Counted from the stretch's first letter, positions 38,750-49,259 are shown. The stretch is 64,000 bases of DNA from Acidimicrobiales bacterium (GCA_035697145.1 DASSDL010000080.1:31562-95561), one strand, 5' to 3'. Translations and numbers: made by a program. The notes: generated by a model from the sequence alone, not told the origin.

Positions 38750-38788
38750 GTCGTCGGCGTCGTCAGCGGCTCGTCGGCTACCTGGTCA

Positions 38789-39895
38789 TCACTCGGGCAT
38801 GGTGGTGACGTCGCCGTCGATGATCTGCTGGCGCAGGTCGTCGACCGCGGTCTTCACCTCGTCGGGGACCTGGTCCTCGAACTCGTTGAACGGGCCGAGG
38901 GCAACGCCTTCGTTCTCGAGCGTGCCGGTGTACAGGCCGCCTGCGAAGTTGCCTTCGGCCGCCTCGACGACGGCGTCGTGCACGGCCACGTCCATGTTCT
39001 TCATGACCGAGGTCAGGAACAAGTCGCAGTCGTCGGCCACGCTGACACAGCCGTCGGTGTCGACCCAGATGACCTTGGCATTGCTGTCTGGGCGAGCGCG
39101 GATCGCCTCGATCGTGCCCAGCCCCACCGGTCCGGCCACCGGCATGATGACGTCGGCGCCGGCGTCGAGGAGCCCCTCGGTCGTTGCCCGGCCGTTGGCC
39201 TGGTTCTCGAAGTCACCCGTGAACAGGCCGTCGTCGGCGGCGTTGTCCCAGCCCTCCAGCTGGACGTCGGTGCCGTTGTCCTCGTTGTACTTCTCGATGC
39301 CGAGCTGGAACCCCTTCATGAAGATGGTCACCGTGGGGATGTTGATGCCCCCGTACGTGCCCACCGTCCCGGTCTCGCTCATCGCCGCGGCCACGTAGCC
39401 GGCCAGGAACGCGGCCTGGTCGGTCGAGAACGTCAGCTCCTTGATGTTGTCGTACTCGTCCTGGGCGTCGCCGCCGGCGGTGCTGTAGTCGTAGTCGACG
39501 ATGGCGAAGCTCTGGTCGGGGTTGGCGGTGGCGGAATCGGCGGTGGCGCCTCCGAGCAGGAAGCCGACCGTGACGATCAGGTCGCAGCCCTGGTCGACAA
39601 AGGTCTGGATGTTCGGCGCGAAGTCGGCTTCCGACTGTGACTCGAGCACCGAGGGCTCGAAGCCGAGCTCGTCGGCGGCCTCTTGCACCCCTGCGTACGC
39701 CGTCTGGTTGAACGAGCGGTCGTCAACGCCGCCGGTATCCGTGACCTGGCAGGCGGTGAAGTCGGTCGCCGCGGCCCCGCCACCGTCGGCCTCTGTCGTG
39801 TCGCTGCTCGTATCGTCGTCGTCGCCGCAGGCTGCGGCGACCAGTGTGAGCCCTAGGAGGATCGCCAGCCCCTTCAGGAACCGTCGCTGTCGCAT
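38789..39895 (-). CDS. BMP-family ABC substrate-binding lipoprotein (nucleoside binding)
   Basis: Lipobox LTLVAAAC|G after MRQRRFLKGLAILLG. SFNQTAYAGV, IVTVGF, GVDTDGC. Confidence 0.95.
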   Translation of the reverse strand: MRQRRFLKGLAILLGLTLVAAACGDDDDTSSDTTEADGGGAAATDFTACQVTDTGGVDDRSFNQTAYAGVQEAADELGFEPSVLESQSEADFAPNIQTFVDQGCDLIVTVGFLLGGATADSATANPDQSFAIVDYDYSTAGGDAQDEYDNIKELTFSTDQAAFLAGYVAAAMSETGTVGTYGGINIPTVTIFMKGFQLGIEKYNEDNGTDVQLEGWDNAADDGLFTGDFENQANGRATTEGLLDAGADVIMPVAGPVGLGTIEAIRARPDSNAKVIWVDTDGCVSVADDCDLFLTSVMKNMDVAVHDAVVEAAEGNFAGGLYTGTLENEGVALGPFNEFEDQVPDEVKTAVDDLRQQIIDGDVTTMPE

Positions 39896-39921
39896 CTGAA
39901 GTCTCCTGTCCCGAAAAGCTT

Positions 39922-39939
39922 GTGGCCCGCGCGGGCCAC
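39922..39939. promoter_or_regulatory. perfect 18-bp palindrome GTGGCCCGCGCGGGCCAC in the divergent importer/mutase promoter region
   Basis: Read directly from the sequence. It lies between the lipoprotein start (39895, minus strand) and the mutase start (39976, plus strand). Confidence 0.35.
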
Positions 39940-39975
39940 GGCCCGCACGTTAGTCACTCCGTAGGATCGAGACCG

Positions 39976-41676
39976 ATGACCCTTGACCATCTGGCGGCTG
40001 CGGCGCGGGCGTGGCGCGACGACGATCCCGATCCCGAGACCAGGGCCGAGGTCGAGCGCCTGCTGGAAGGTGACGGCAGTGGACCTGACCTGGACGGTCT
40101 GCGGGACCGGTTCGGGGCCACGCTGGCCTTCGGGACCGCCGGCCTGCGGGGCGAGATGGGGGCCGGGCCCAACCGCATGAACCGGGTAACGGTCATGCGC
40201 GCCACGGCCGGGCTGGCCCGCTACCTGGCGGACACCGGTCACGCCGGTGAGCCGGTGATCGTGGGCTTCGACGCGCGCCACCGCTCGGCCACGTTCGCGG
40301 CCGACGCGACCGCCGTGCTGACGGCCGCCGGGTTCCCGGTCCAGCTCACCGATCGCCCCGTCCCCACCCCCGTGCTGGCATTCGGCGTGCGACACCTGGG
40401 CGCCTGCGCCGGCGTCCAGATCACCGCCAGCCACAACCCGCCCCGCGACAACGGCTACAAGGTGTACTTGGGCGACGGCGCCCAGATCGTTCCCCCGGCC
40501 GACGCGGAGATCGCAGCCCGGATCGACTCCGTCGGCCGGCTGGCGTCGGTCGGGCGGGCCCCCGCCGCCGACCCCCGCGTGACGCGGGTCGGCACCGACC
40601 TGGTCGACGCGTACGTCGCCGGCGCCGTGGGGACGGTGCCCCGACGATCGACCCCGGACGGTCCACCGGTGGGCGTCGTGTACACGCCGTTGCACGGCGT
40701 CGGGCGCGACGTCCTGCTGGCTGTTTTCGCGCGGGCGGGCTTCCCGGCACCGGCTCTGGTGCCGGAGCAGTCGGATCCCGATCCCGACTTTCCCACCGTG
40801 GCGTTCCCCAACCCTGAGGAGCCCGGCGCCCTGGACCTGGCGCTCGCCCTCGCGGTCGAGCGTGGCGCCGACGTGGTGATCGCCAACGACCCCGACGCCG
40901 ACCGGCTCGCGGTCGCCGTGCCCACCTCGACGGGTGGCGAGTGGCGGGCGCTCACGGGCGACGAGATCGGCATCCTGCTCGCCGATTGGCTCCTCGACGC
41001 GGGCCACGGCAGCGACCGGCTGGTGGCCACCAGCGTGGTGTCCTCGTCGATGCTCGGCCGGCTGGCCGAGGCCAGGGGCGTGGCCTTCGCCGAGACGCTG
41101 ACCGGGTTCAAGTGGATCGCCCGTGCGGCCCTCGACCGGCCCGAGTTGCGCTTCGTCTACGGCTACGAGGAGGCGCTGGGGTCGTCCGTAGGCACGCTCG
41201 TGCGCGACAAGGACGGCATCACCGCAGCGCTGGCCTTCGTCGACCTGGTCGCCGCCGAGAAGGCACAGGGCCGCAGCGTGCTCGACCGCCTCGACGACCT
41301 CGCCCGCGAGTTGGGCGTCCACGCGACCGGCCAGCGTTCCATCCCCTTCGAGGGACTCGACGGGATGGCGCGCATGCAGGCCGCGGTCGATGCGCTGGCG
41401 GACGCTCCGCCCACGACGCTGCTCGGCGTCCCGATCACCGAGGTCGAGGACCTCCGCCGGGGCGGGCGCCTGCCGCCCACTGAAGGAATCGTGCTACGGG
41501 CCGAGGCCATGCGCCTGGTCGTGCGCCCCTCGGGCACCGAGCCCAAGCTCAAGTGCTACGCCGAGGCGGTGGTTCCGGTCCCCGGCGAACGTGGGGAGGA
41601 TCTGGCGCCGGCCCGGGCGGATGGTGCTGCACGGGTGGCGGCGCTGCTCGACGTCGCGGTGGGTCTGGTCACCTGA
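39976..41676 (+). CDS. phospho-sugar mutase (PmmB/phosphopentomutase-like, alpha-D-phosphohexomutase superfamily)
   Basis: In-frame ATG at 39976. FGTAGLRGEMGAGPNRMN, ITASHNPPRDNGYKVY (active-site Ser), ANDPDADRLAV, RPSGTEPKLK. Confidence 0.9.
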   Translation: MTLDHLAAAARAWRDDDPDPETRAEVERLLEGDGSGPDLDGLRDRFGATLAFGTAGLRGEMGAGPNRMNRVTVMRATAGLARYLADTGHAGEPVIVGFDARHRSATFAADATAVLTAAGFPVQLTDRPVPTPVLAFGVRHLGACAGVQITASHNPPRDNGYKVYLGDGAQIVPPADAEIAARIDSVGRLASVGRAPAADPRVTRVGTDLVDAYVAGAVGTVPRRSTPDGPPVGVVYTPLHGVGRDVLLAVFARAGFPAPALVPEQSDPDPDFPTVAFPNPEEPGALDLALALAVERGADVVIANDPDADRLAVAVPTSTGGEWRALTGDEIGILLADWLLDAGHGSDRLVATSVVSSSMLGRLAEARGVAFAETLTGFKWIARAALDRPELRFVYGYEEALGSSVGTLVRDKDGITAALAFVDLVAAEKAQGRSVLDRLDDLARELGVHATGQRSIPFEGLDGMARMQAAVDALADAPPTTLLGVPITEVEDLRRGGRLPPTEGIVLRAEAMRLVVRPSGTEPKLKCYAEAVVPVPGERGEDLAPARADGAARVAALLDVAVGLVT

Positions 41677-41691
41677 CTCGGCGGCGGAGGT

Positions 41692-42315
41692 CTACGCCGT
41701 CCCGAAGAGCCGGTCGCCGGCGTCGCCCAGCCCCGGGACTATGAACGCCCGCTCATCGAGGTGGTCGTCGACGGCCGCCGTGACCACTCGCTCGACGAGT
41801 CCCGACTGCTCGACCCGGCGGAGCCCCTCGGGGGCCGCCAGCACGCACACCCCGGTCATGGGCCCGGCGGCGCGATCGCGCAGGAGCCGGCAGGCGTGCT
41901 GGAGCGATCCGCCGGTCGCGAGCATGGGATCGAGCACCAGGACGGGGCGGCCGGCGAGGTCGGCGGGCACCGAGTTCATGTAGGGCTCGGGCTGGAGCGT
42001 CTCTTCGTTGCGGGACACGCCGATGAATGCGGTCTCGGTCTCGGGCAACAGGCGGATGACTGCGCCGTGCAGCCCGAGGCCGGCGCGCAACACCGGCACC
42101 ACCAGCGGGGGACTGGCGATGCGGACGCCGGTCGCTGCCGCCATGGGGGTGCGGATGTCGATCTGCTCGGTCGGCAGCGTGCGACACGCCTCGTAGACGA
42201 GCATGCCGGCGAGCTCGTCCATGGCCAGGCGGAAGGTGGCACGGTCGGTCGTCTCGTCGCGCAGGCGTGTGAGCAGCCGGGCGGCCAGCGGATGGTCGAC
42301 GGTGAGGACGTCCAT
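41692..42315 (-). CDS. upp: uracil phosphoribosyltransferase
   Basis: In-frame ATG at 42315 (MDVLTVDHPLAARLLTRLRDETT...), VPVLRAGLG, VLVLDPMLATGGS, YIVPGLGDAGDRLFGT-like C-terminus. Confidence 0.95.
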   Translation of the reverse strand: MDVLTVDHPLAARLLTRLRDETTDRATFRLAMDELAGMLVYEACRTLPTEQIDIRTPMAAATGVRIASPPLVVPVLRAGLGLHGAVIRLLPETETAFIGVSRNEETLQPEPYMNSVPADLAGRPVLVLDPMLATGGSLQHACRLLRDRAAGPMTGVCVLAAPEGLRRVEQSGLVERVVTAAVDDHLDERAFIVPGLGDAGDRLFGTA

Positions 42316-42451
42316 ACGGGTGCGCAGTCTCGCGGATGGAGCCGGCCCCCTGGGCGATCGACGGGCGACCGCCGGGCGAGTGAGGGAGGTCATCTCGGGG
42401 TAGTCGTGGTGCATCGACTCCGACCACGAACCCGGCGCGCCGCGGGTCGCG

Positions 42452-43375
42452 GTGTTCGCGCCCGCCCCGGTCCTGGTGTGCACGTTCGAGTACCCCCACG
42501 ACCGTTCGGAGCCCGAGGTCGCGCTGAACGTCGGCGGCCAGGGCCCCTGGGTCGCCCGCGCCGTCGACGCCCTCGACGCCGACGCGGTGCTGGTGGTGCC
42601 GCTCGGTGGGGACACGGGCCGCGTCGCCCGCCACCTTCTGGCCGAGGAGCCGCACGAGGTGCGAGCGGTGGACACGAACGCGCCGATCGCCTGCTATCTG
42701 GAGGAGCGCCGCGACGGGAAGCGCACGTGCATCCGCGACGCCCCGCCCGGCTGGTTCGGTCCGCGAGAGCTCGACGACCTCTACAGCGCCGCGCTCACGG
42801 CGGGCCTCGACGCCGACGTATGTGTGATCACCGGATCGCCGTGGGGCGATCACGTCGACTCGTCGCTGCTGACCCGGCTGAGCGCCGATCTCGCCAAGTT
42901 CGGCCGCACCACCGTCGCCGACCTGTCGGGCGACCAGCTCGACGCCGCGCTGGTCGGGGGAGTCGACTGGCTCAAGGTCGCAGACGACGAGCTGGGCGGG
43001 CTCGGCGATGGCGACGTCCGCAACGAGGGCCAGCTGTGGGAGCGAGCCAAGGCGTTGGCCGTCGCTCACGACCACCGGCGCAGCGTGGTCGTCTCGCGCG
43101 CCGATCGGCCGACGCTGGTGGTCTCGGACGGCGCCTGCTACACCGTCTCGGCACTCGGTTTGTCGACCGTCGACTCCCGGGGATCCGGAGACGCCATGAC
43201 CGCCGCGTTGGCCACCGGGCTGGCCGCCGACCTGCCGCTGGATGCGCTGCTCCGCCGCGCCGCCGCGGCCGGGGCGGCCAACGCGGTTCACAAGGGGAGC
43301 GCCACGCCCGACGCCGACCTCGTGGACCGGCTGGCCGAGGAGATCGAGGTGGTCGAGGTGGGACGCCCGTGCTGA
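42452..43375 (+). CDS. PfkB-family carbohydrate/nucleoside kinase
   Basis: NVGGQG near the N-terminus and the C-terminal anion-hole motif DSRGSGDAMTAAL. The substrate cannot be inferred. Confidence 0.8.
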   Translation: MFAPAPVLVCTFEYPHDRSEPEVALNVGGQGPWVARAVDALDADAVLVVPLGGDTGRVARHLLAEEPHEVRAVDTNAPIACYLEERRDGKRTCIRDAPPGWFGPRELDDLYSAALTAGLDADVCVITGSPWGDHVDSSLLTRLSADLAKFGRTTVADLSGDQLDAALVGGVDWLKVADDELGGLGDGDVRNEGQLWERAKALAVAHDHRRSVVVSRADRPTLVVSDGACYTVSALGLSTVDSRGSGDAMTAALATGLAADLPLDALLRRAAAAGAANAVHKGSATPDADLVDRLAEEIEVVEVGRPC

Positions 43376-44220
43376 ACACCCCTCCCGCCGCGGCCGCCGG
43401 CACGATCTCGATCGGCGGCGACTTGTCCGTCAACCGTCTCGGCTTCGGCGCCATACGCATCACGGGACCCGGCATCTGGGGCCCACCTGTCGACCACGAC
43501 GAAGCGGTGCAGGTCCTGCGGCGGGCGGTGGAGCTCGGCGTCGACTTCATCGACACGGCCGACAGCTACGGGCCCGCGGTCAGCGAGGAGCTGATCGCCG
43601 AGGCGCTGGCGCCGTATCCCGAGGGGCTGGTCATCGCCACCAAGGGTGGCTTCCTCCGCCCCGGGCCGGACAACTGGCGGCCCGAGGGCCATCCGGAGCA
43701 CCTGCGGGCGGCCTGCGAGGGGAGCCTGGCGCGCCTGGGCCTCGAACAGATCCCCCTGTATCAGCTCCACCGGCTCGATCCCGCCGTGCCGCTGGAGGAG
43801 TCAGTGGGCGAGCTGGTCGCGCTCCGGGACGAGGGGAAGATCCGGCACATCGGGCTGTCCAATGTCGACGCCGCCCAGTTCGAGCGCGCCTCGGCGCTCA
43901 CGGCGATCGCGTCGGTCCAGAACCGCTACAACCCCGCAGACCGGGCCGCCGACCCCCTGGTCGAGCTGGCTGAGACGCGCGGCTTCGTGTTCATCCCCTG
44001 GGCGCCGGTGGGCGGCTACCGGCCCGGAGTGGGTGCGGGCCTGGCGACGGTGGCCAAGCGGTTGGGCGTGTCGCGGGTGCAGGTTGCGATCGCCTGGCAG
44101 CTGGCGCGTTCGCCGCAGATGCTGCCAATCCCCGGCACCTCGTCGGTGGTGCACCTGGAGGAGAACGTGGCCGCGGCGGCGATCGAAATGTCCGACGACG
44201 ACCTCGCCGCCCTCGGCTAG
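43369..44220 (+). CDS. aldo/keto reductase
   Basis: In-frame GTG at 43369. LGFGAIRITGPGIWGPP, DFIDTADSYGP, LYQLHRLD, IRHIGLSN. These are the last 283 codons of an artefactual 819-aa track ORF. Confidence 0.9.
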   Translation: MLNTPPAAAAGTISIGGDLSVNRLGFGAIRITGPGIWGPPVDHDEAVQVLRRAVELGVDFIDTADSYGPAVSEELIAEALAPYPEGLVIATKGGFLRPGPDNWRPEGHPEHLRAACEGSLARLGLEQIPLYQLHRLDPAVPLEESVGELVALRDEGKIRHIGLSNVDAAQFERASALTAIASVQNRYNPADRAADPLVELAETRGFVFIPWAPVGGYRPGVGAGLATVAKRLGVSRVQVAIAWQLARSPQMLPIPGTSSVVHLEENVAAAAIEMSDDDLAALG

Positions 44221-44684
44221 CTGGGGACGGCGGCGGCCCCGGGGTTCACGTGGTCCCGCACCTTGCGCAACAGGGTGGCGAGCTGACGCTGCTCGTCGGC
44301 TGCAAGCACGCTGGTGAGGTAGCGCTCGACGTGTTGGAGGTGAGGCCCGACGGCCGCTCGGATGCGCTCCAATCCTGCCGGCGTGAGAGACGCGAAGGCG
44401 CCCCGGCGATCCGATGGGCACGGGACGCGCTCGACGAGACCCGCGGCTTCCAGCCGGTCGATGGCTCGGGTGAGCCCGCTCGGCGTGAGGCTGGTCTGGG
44501 CGGCTAGATCGGCCATCCGCAAGCGCTGGCCGGGCGAGCGCGCCAGCCGGATCAGTAGCTCGAACGATCCCAACGGCAGGTGGGCATCTCGCTCGAGTCC
44601 CCGGTCGAGCTCGGTCCGCAATGCGGTGTAGCTCTCGGTGAGGAGGCCGACCAGCGTGATCCGGTCGTCCTGCAGGCCGTCCAT
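44217..44684 (-). CDS. MarR family transcriptional regulator
   Basis: LPLGSFELLIRLARSPGQRLRMADLAAQTSLTPSGLTRAIDRLEAAGLVERVPCPSDRRGAFASLTPAG. Confidence 0.9.
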   Translation of the reverse strand: MDGLQDDRITLVGLLTESYTALRTELDRGLERDAHLPLGSFELLIRLARSPGQRLRMADLAAQTSLTPSGLTRAIDRLEAAGLVERVPCPSDRRGAFASLTPAGLERIRAAVGPHLQHVERYLTSVLAADEQRQLATLLRKVRDHVNPGAAAVPS

Positions 44685-44751
44685 CGGCTCATTCTACGGG
44701 GAGATAGTTGCGCGGCGAATCACTTTGGGGCGGACCGCGGCGCCGGGGCGG

Positions 44752-45651
44752 TCAGTAGTGCCAGGGGTACGCGGACCAGTCCGGGTCGCGTCGCTCGAGA
44801 AAGGCGTCGCGACCCTCCTCGGCTTCGGTGGTGCCGTACGCCAGGCGGGTGGCTTCGGCCGCGAACACCTGCTGGCCCACGAGGCCATCGTCGATGAGGT
44901 TGAACGCGTACTTCAGCATGCGGATCGACGTGGGGCTCTTGCCCATGACCCTGCGGGCCCAGTCGAGCCCGACCTGCTCGAGTCGATCGTGCTCCACCAC
45001 GGCGTTCACCATCCCCATGCGGTGGGCGTCGTCGGCCGAGTAGGTGTCGCCCAAGAAGAAGATCTCGCGGGCGAACTTCTGGCCCACCTGCCGGGACAGG
45101 TAGGCGGAGCCGAATCCGCCGTCGAAGCTGGCGACGTCGGCATCGGTCTGGCGGAAGCGGGCGTGCTCACGACTGGCCAGCGTGAGGTCGCAGACCACGT
45201 GGAGGCTGTGCCCGCCTCCCGCCGCCCACCCCGGCACCAGGCAGATGACCACCTTGGGCATGAACCGGATGAGCCGGTGCACCTCCATGATGTGCAGCCG
45301 GCCCGTGCGGGCGGGATCGATCGTCTCGTTGGTCTCGCCCTCGGCGTACCGGTAGCCGTCACGACCGCGGATGCGCTGGTCGCCCCCGGAACAGAACGCC
45401 CAGCCGCCGTCGCGGGGCGACGGCCCGTTGCCGGTCAGGAGCACGCAGCCGACGTCCGAGGTCTGCCGGGCGTGGTCGAGCGCCCGGTACAGCTCGTCCA
45501 CCGTGTGGGGGCGGAAGGCGTTGCGGACGTCGGGGCGGTCGAACGCGACGCGGACGGCGCCCAGGTCGACGGCGCGGTGGTAGGTGATGTCGGTGAAGTC
45601 GAAGCCCTCGACGGGATGCCACGCCGCAGCGTCGAACAGGGCAGAGACCAT
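44752..45651 (-). CDS. menB: 1,4-dihydroxy-2-naphthoyl-CoA synthase (crotonase superfamily)
   Basis: In-frame ATG at 45651. FTDITYHRAVDLGAVRVAFDRPDVRNAFRP, LLTGNG...AFCSGGDQRIRGRDGYRY, and the C-terminal EEGRDAFLERRDPDW. Confidence 0.9.
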   Translation of the reverse strand: MVSALFDAAAWHPVEGFDFTDITYHRAVDLGAVRVAFDRPDVRNAFRPHTVDELYRALDHARQTSDVGCVLLTGNGPSPRDGGWAFCSGGDQRIRGRDGYRYAEGETNETIDPARTGRLHIMEVHRLIRFMPKVVICLVPGWAAGGGHSLHVVCDLTLASREHARFRQTDADVASFDGGFGSAYLSRQVGQKFAREIFFLGDTYSADDAHRMGMVNAVVEHDRLEQVGLDWARRVMGKSPTSIRMLKYAFNLIDDGLVGQQVFAAEATRLAYGTTEAEEGRDAFLERRDPDWSAYPWHY

Positions 45652-45740
45652 GTGGGCACCTCCAGGGACTACAGGGTCTAGCGCGAGGTGCGGGCCATGA
45701 TCACGTTCAGCGCGTTGGCGGCTCCAGGAGCGCCGCGTGG

Positions 45741-46712
45741 CTACGCCATGGCCTTTTCGATGCGGTCCACCGTCGCGTCGTCCAGCCGCTCGAGCACGTC
45801 GAGCGCGGCCAGGTTCTCGTGGACCTGCTCGACCCGGCTCGCTCCCGTGATGACCGTCGAGACGTGGGGGTTGTGGAGGCACCACGCGATGGCGAGCTGC
45901 GCCAGCGAGCAGTCGAGGTCCTCGGCCACGGCCGCGAGCCTCCTCACCTTGTCGTTGCGCGCCGGGTCGGTCACGAGGTCGCGTAGCCACTCGTAGCCGG
46001 GCAGGGCGGCGCGGCTGCCCTCCGGCACGCCGTCGAAGTACTTGCCGGTGAGCAGGCCCGACGCCAGCGGGCTCCAGGTGGTGAGGCCGATGCCGATCTC
46101 GTCGTAGAGGCGCCGGTACTCACGCTCGACCTTGCGCCGGTTGAACAGGTTGTACTCCGGCTGCTCGACGACCGGCTTGTGGAGGTGGTGGCGCTCGGCG
46201 ACCTCCCAGGCCGCCCGGATGTCATCCGCCGACCACTCCGAGGTGCCCCAATAGTGCGCCCGGCCCGACGACACGACGTCGGACATGGCCCACACCGTCT
46301 CCTCGACCTGGGTCTCCGGATCGGACCGGTGGCAGTACATGATGTCGAGGTGGTCGAGCCCGAACCGCTCGAGCGACGGATCGATCGCCTCGAGCAGGTA
46401 CTTGCGGTTGAGGGTGTTGCGGGTGTTGACGGCGTCTTCGAGTCCCCAGAAGTACTTCGACGACACCAGGAACGTGTGCCGGGGCCATCCCAGCTCGGCG
46501 ATGGCCCGGCCCATGATCCGCTCGGACTCGCCCCCGGCGTAGGCCTCGGCGTTGTCGAAGAAGTTGACGCCGGCGTCGTAGGCGGCGGCCAGGCAGTCGC
46601 GGGCGCGGCCTACGTCGAGCTGGGGGCCAAACGACACCCACGATCCAAACGACAGGGCGCTCACCTTGAGGCCCGAGCGCCCGAGCCTGCGGTACTCCAT
46701 CTCGTTTGGCAT
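45741..46712 (-). CDS. aldo/keto reductase (Kv-beta-like subgroup)
   Basis: In-frame ATG at 46712. [48 protein letters not shown]. Confidence 0.9.
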   Translation of the reverse strand: MPNEMEYRRLGRSGLKVSALSFGSWVSFGPQLDVGRARDCLAAAYDAGVNFFDNAEAYAGGESERIMGRAIAELGWPRHTFLVSSKYFWGLEDAVNTRNTLNRKYLLEAIDPSLERFGLDHLDIMYCHRSDPETQVEETVWAMSDVVSSGRAHYWGTSEWSADDIRAAWEVAERHHLHKPVVEQPEYNLFNRRKVEREYRRLYDEIGIGLTTWSPLASGLLTGKYFDGVPEGSRAALPGYEWLRDLVTDPARNDKVRRLAAVAEDLDCSLAQLAIAWCLHNPHVSTVITGASRVEQVHENLAALDVLERLDDATVDRIEKAMA

Positions 46713-46810
46713 GGCCCCCTTCTTACCGGCGTCTGACCTCGATGGCTCGCGCGCCGCCAACCCTGCGCCACGGCGCGAACTAGCGTGAACGCGCCGGGGG
46801 GTGAACGGAC

Positions 46811-47236
46811 GTGGCAAGAGCGGTGGTCATCTACGAGAGCCTCACCGGCAACACGGCGCGGGCCGCCCGGCTCATCGGCGAGGCGGTGGCCGGCGAGGGT
46901 GTCGACGTGTCCATCTACCCCATCACCGGCATCGGGCTGAAGGACCTGGCAGCCGCCGACATCGTGTTCGTCGGTACTTGGGTCGACGGCCTGGTGCTGT
47001 TCGGCCACCGACCGGGCAGGGCCGGGAGGATCCGATCGATGCCGGTGATCGACGGCAAGCGGGTGGCGGCGTTCATGACCTACGCCATCCATGCCGGCAG
47101 GGCGCTCGACAAGTTCGCCGACGTCCTGTCGGAGCGCGGCGCCACCGTGGTGGCCCGCACCCTGCTGCGGCGCGACCGGCTCGAGGCCGGGTTGGACGAG
47201 TTCGTGCTAGACGCTCTCGCCACCGTTCCGGCCTGA
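46811..47236 (+). CDS. flavodoxin-like domain protein
   Basis: [26 protein letters not shown]... followed by IVFVGTWV. Confidence 0.8.
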   Translation: MARAVVIYESLTGNTARAARLIGEAVAGEGVDVSIYPITGIGLKDLAAADIVFVGTWVDGLVLFGHRPGRAGRIRSMPVIDGKRVAAFMTYAIHAGRALDKFADVLSERGATVVARTLLRRDRLEAGLDEFVLDALATVPA

Positions 47237-47249
47237 GGACGTCGTCGGC

Positions 47250-48431
47250 CTACGTTGGCGCTGACTTGGCCCACGACCACGCATAGTCGGCGTCGTCGCA
47301 GGCCCGGGCGCCATCCGCCAGCAGGAGCGGATCGAAGGTGTCGAGCATGACCGCCATCTCGTCGGTCACCTCCTGGCCCAACGCCCGCTCGACGCTGCCG
47401 GGCTGGGGCCCGTGGATGAAGCCCGCGGGGTGGAGGCTGATGGACCCCGGCTCGATGCCTGCGCCCTTGCGACTGGTGAAGTCGCCGGCGCAGTAGTAGA
47501 GGACCTCGTCGCTGTCCACGTTGGCGTGGTTGTAGGGCACCGGCACGGCCAGCGGGTGGTAGTCGAGCTTGCGGGGCACGAAGCTGCACACCACGAAGCG
47601 GGGCCCGGCGAAGGTTTGGTGGACCGGCGGCGGCTGGTGCACCCGCCCGGTGACGGGCTCGAAGTCGTGGATCGACAGCCTGTAGGGATACAGGCACCCG
47701 TCCCAGCCGACGACGTCGAAGGGGTGATGGGCGTAGCGGTAGCGGGTCAGCCCGTCGCGCTGGCGCACCAGCACATCGGCCGGCTGTTCGGCATCGTCGT
47801 CGGCGGCGATGAGCGGCCGCTCGGGCCCGTGCAGGTCCCGCTCGCAGTAGGGGCTGTGCTCCAGGAACTGACCGGTGGCCGACAGGTAGCGGTCCGGCGG
47901 GCCGACGTGGCCCCGGGCCTCGAGGATCAGAGCGTGCACCGGCTCGCCCTGCTCGACGATCCAGCGGTGCGTGGTGGAGGTGGGCACGACCACGTAGTCC
48001 CCGGCGCGGCACTCGAGCGACCCGAACACGCTGTCGAGGCGGGCACTGCCCTGCCGTAGGTACACGATCTCGTCGCCGGTGGCGTTGCGGTAGAGCCCGC
48101 TCGCCTCGGTGGGCTGGGCCACCAGCAGCCGTACGGAAGCGTTGGCCAGCAGCAGCGTGCGGTCCGCGACCAGGTCGCCGCCGGCCGCCACCGTGCCGGT
48201 CCGCAAGTGGCGCGGGAGGAGCGGTTCGTTGGGGCCGAGCCCCGGGTCCTTCTCCGGCACCGCGTCGGCCGCCACCAGGGCCGTGGGTGGACGCCGGTGG
48301 TAGAGCAGCGAAGACGACGAGGAGAAGCCCTCGGTGCCCATGAGCTCCTCGGCGTACAGCTGCCCGTCAGGCGCCCGGAACTGGGTGTGGCGCTTGGGCG
48401 GGATCACACCCACCCGTCGGTAGTAGGGCAT
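47250..48431 (-). CDS. hmgA: homogentisate 1,2-dioxygenase
   Basis: In-frame ATG at 48431. MPYYRRVGVIPPKRHTQFRAPDGQLYAEELMGTEGFSSSSSLLYH... with a cupin core. Confidence 0.95.
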   Translation of the reverse strand: MPYYRRVGVIPPKRHTQFRAPDGQLYAEELMGTEGFSSSSSLLYHRRPPTALVAADAVPEKDPGLGPNEPLLPRHLRTGTVAAGGDLVADRTLLLANASVRLLVAQPTEASGLYRNATGDEIVYLRQGSARLDSVFGSLECRAGDYVVVPTSTTHRWIVEQGEPVHALILEARGHVGPPDRYLSATGQFLEHSPYCERDLHGPERPLIAADDDAEQPADVLVRQRDGLTRYRYAHHPFDVVGWDGCLYPYRLSIHDFEPVTGRVHQPPPVHQTFAGPRFVVCSFVPRKLDYHPLAVPVPYNHANVDSDEVLYYCAGDFTSRKGAGIEPGSISLHPAGFIHGPQPGSVERALGQEVTDEMAVMLDTFDPLLLADGARACDDADYAWSWAKSAPT

Positions 48432-48481
48432 GGTCACCTCGCAATCTGGGGAAACTAACCTCCGACCTCCGGAGGTACAAC

Positions 48482-49258
48482 GTGACAACGACCCTGGCGG
48501 CGGTCGCCGAACGATTGTTCGACGATGCCAGTCTCTTTCCTCCCGCCCGCCTTCCCATGGCCGCGGCGCTGGCCGCTCACCAGCGCCTCCGCCAAGGCCC
48601 GCTGGCGCCCATGGTGGGCCCGTTCCTCTATCCGGCGTCACGGTTCGACGAGCTCGAGGCCGGCCTGTCCTCGGGCCTGCCTCGGCCTCCGGAGCTCGGC
48701 GTCATCGCCTACGACGGCGACGCCCCCTGGGCGATCATCTACGCCACGCCGGGGATCGTGCAGGTCGAGGCGCCCCAGTCCGCGCGGCCGCCCGAGCCCC
48801 CTCGGGGCGTGCGGCGCTACGTCGAGATCGCCCCCCAGGCCGATGCCGGGGCGATGGCCGCTGGTCTCGACGAGGTGGCCGCCACCGGGGCCCGGGCCAA
48901 GGTGCGCTGCGGCGGGCTGACACCCGACGACGTGCCCAGCTGCGACTGGCTGGCGGCGGCGCTCGCAGGCTGCGTCGAGCGGGGGATCACGCTGAAGGCC
49001 ACCGCCGGCCTCCACCACCCCTTCCGCTCCACCGGGCCCGACGGCCCCCGGCACGGCCTGGTCAACCTGCTGGCTGCGGCCGGCGCCGCTCACGCCGGTG
49101 CCGACGCCGCGACGCTGAGCGAGATCCTGGCCGTCGAGGGGGACGCGACGCCGACGTTGCTGGAGCGAGTCGCGGATGCCCGGGAGGTGCTCGCATCGGT
49201 GGGCACGTGCTCGATCGACGAGACGGTCGAGGGGCTCGCTGCGCGGGGCCTGCTCTAA
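48482..49258 (+). CDS. uncharacterised conserved-looking protein between hmgA and fahA
   Basis: GTG at 48482, 6 nt after GGAGG. 258 aa with coding-type composition. I recognise no family (notable segments KVRCGGLTPDDVPS and LKATAGLHHPFR). It ends 1 nt before the fahA start. Confidence 0.7.
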   Translation: MTTTLAAVAERLFDDASLFPPARLPMAAALAAHQRLRQGPLAPMVGPFLYPASRFDELEAGLSSGLPRPPELGVIAYDGDAPWAIIYATPGIVQVEAPQSARPPEPPRGVRRYVEIAPQADAGAMAAGLDEVAATGARAKVRCGGLTPDDVPSCDWLAAALAGCVERGITLKATAGLHHPFRSTGPDGPRHGLVNLLAAAGAAHAGADAATLSEILAVEGDATPTLLERVADAREVLASVGTCSIDETVEGLAARGLL

Positions 49259-49259
49259 G

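Noticed and set aside
41761-43368. N-terminal 536 codons of the 819-aa plus-strand ORF
   Set aside because: This part is antisense to upp and out of frame with the PfkB gene. Only the last 283 codons, from the GTG at 43369, show aldo/keto reductase motifs.
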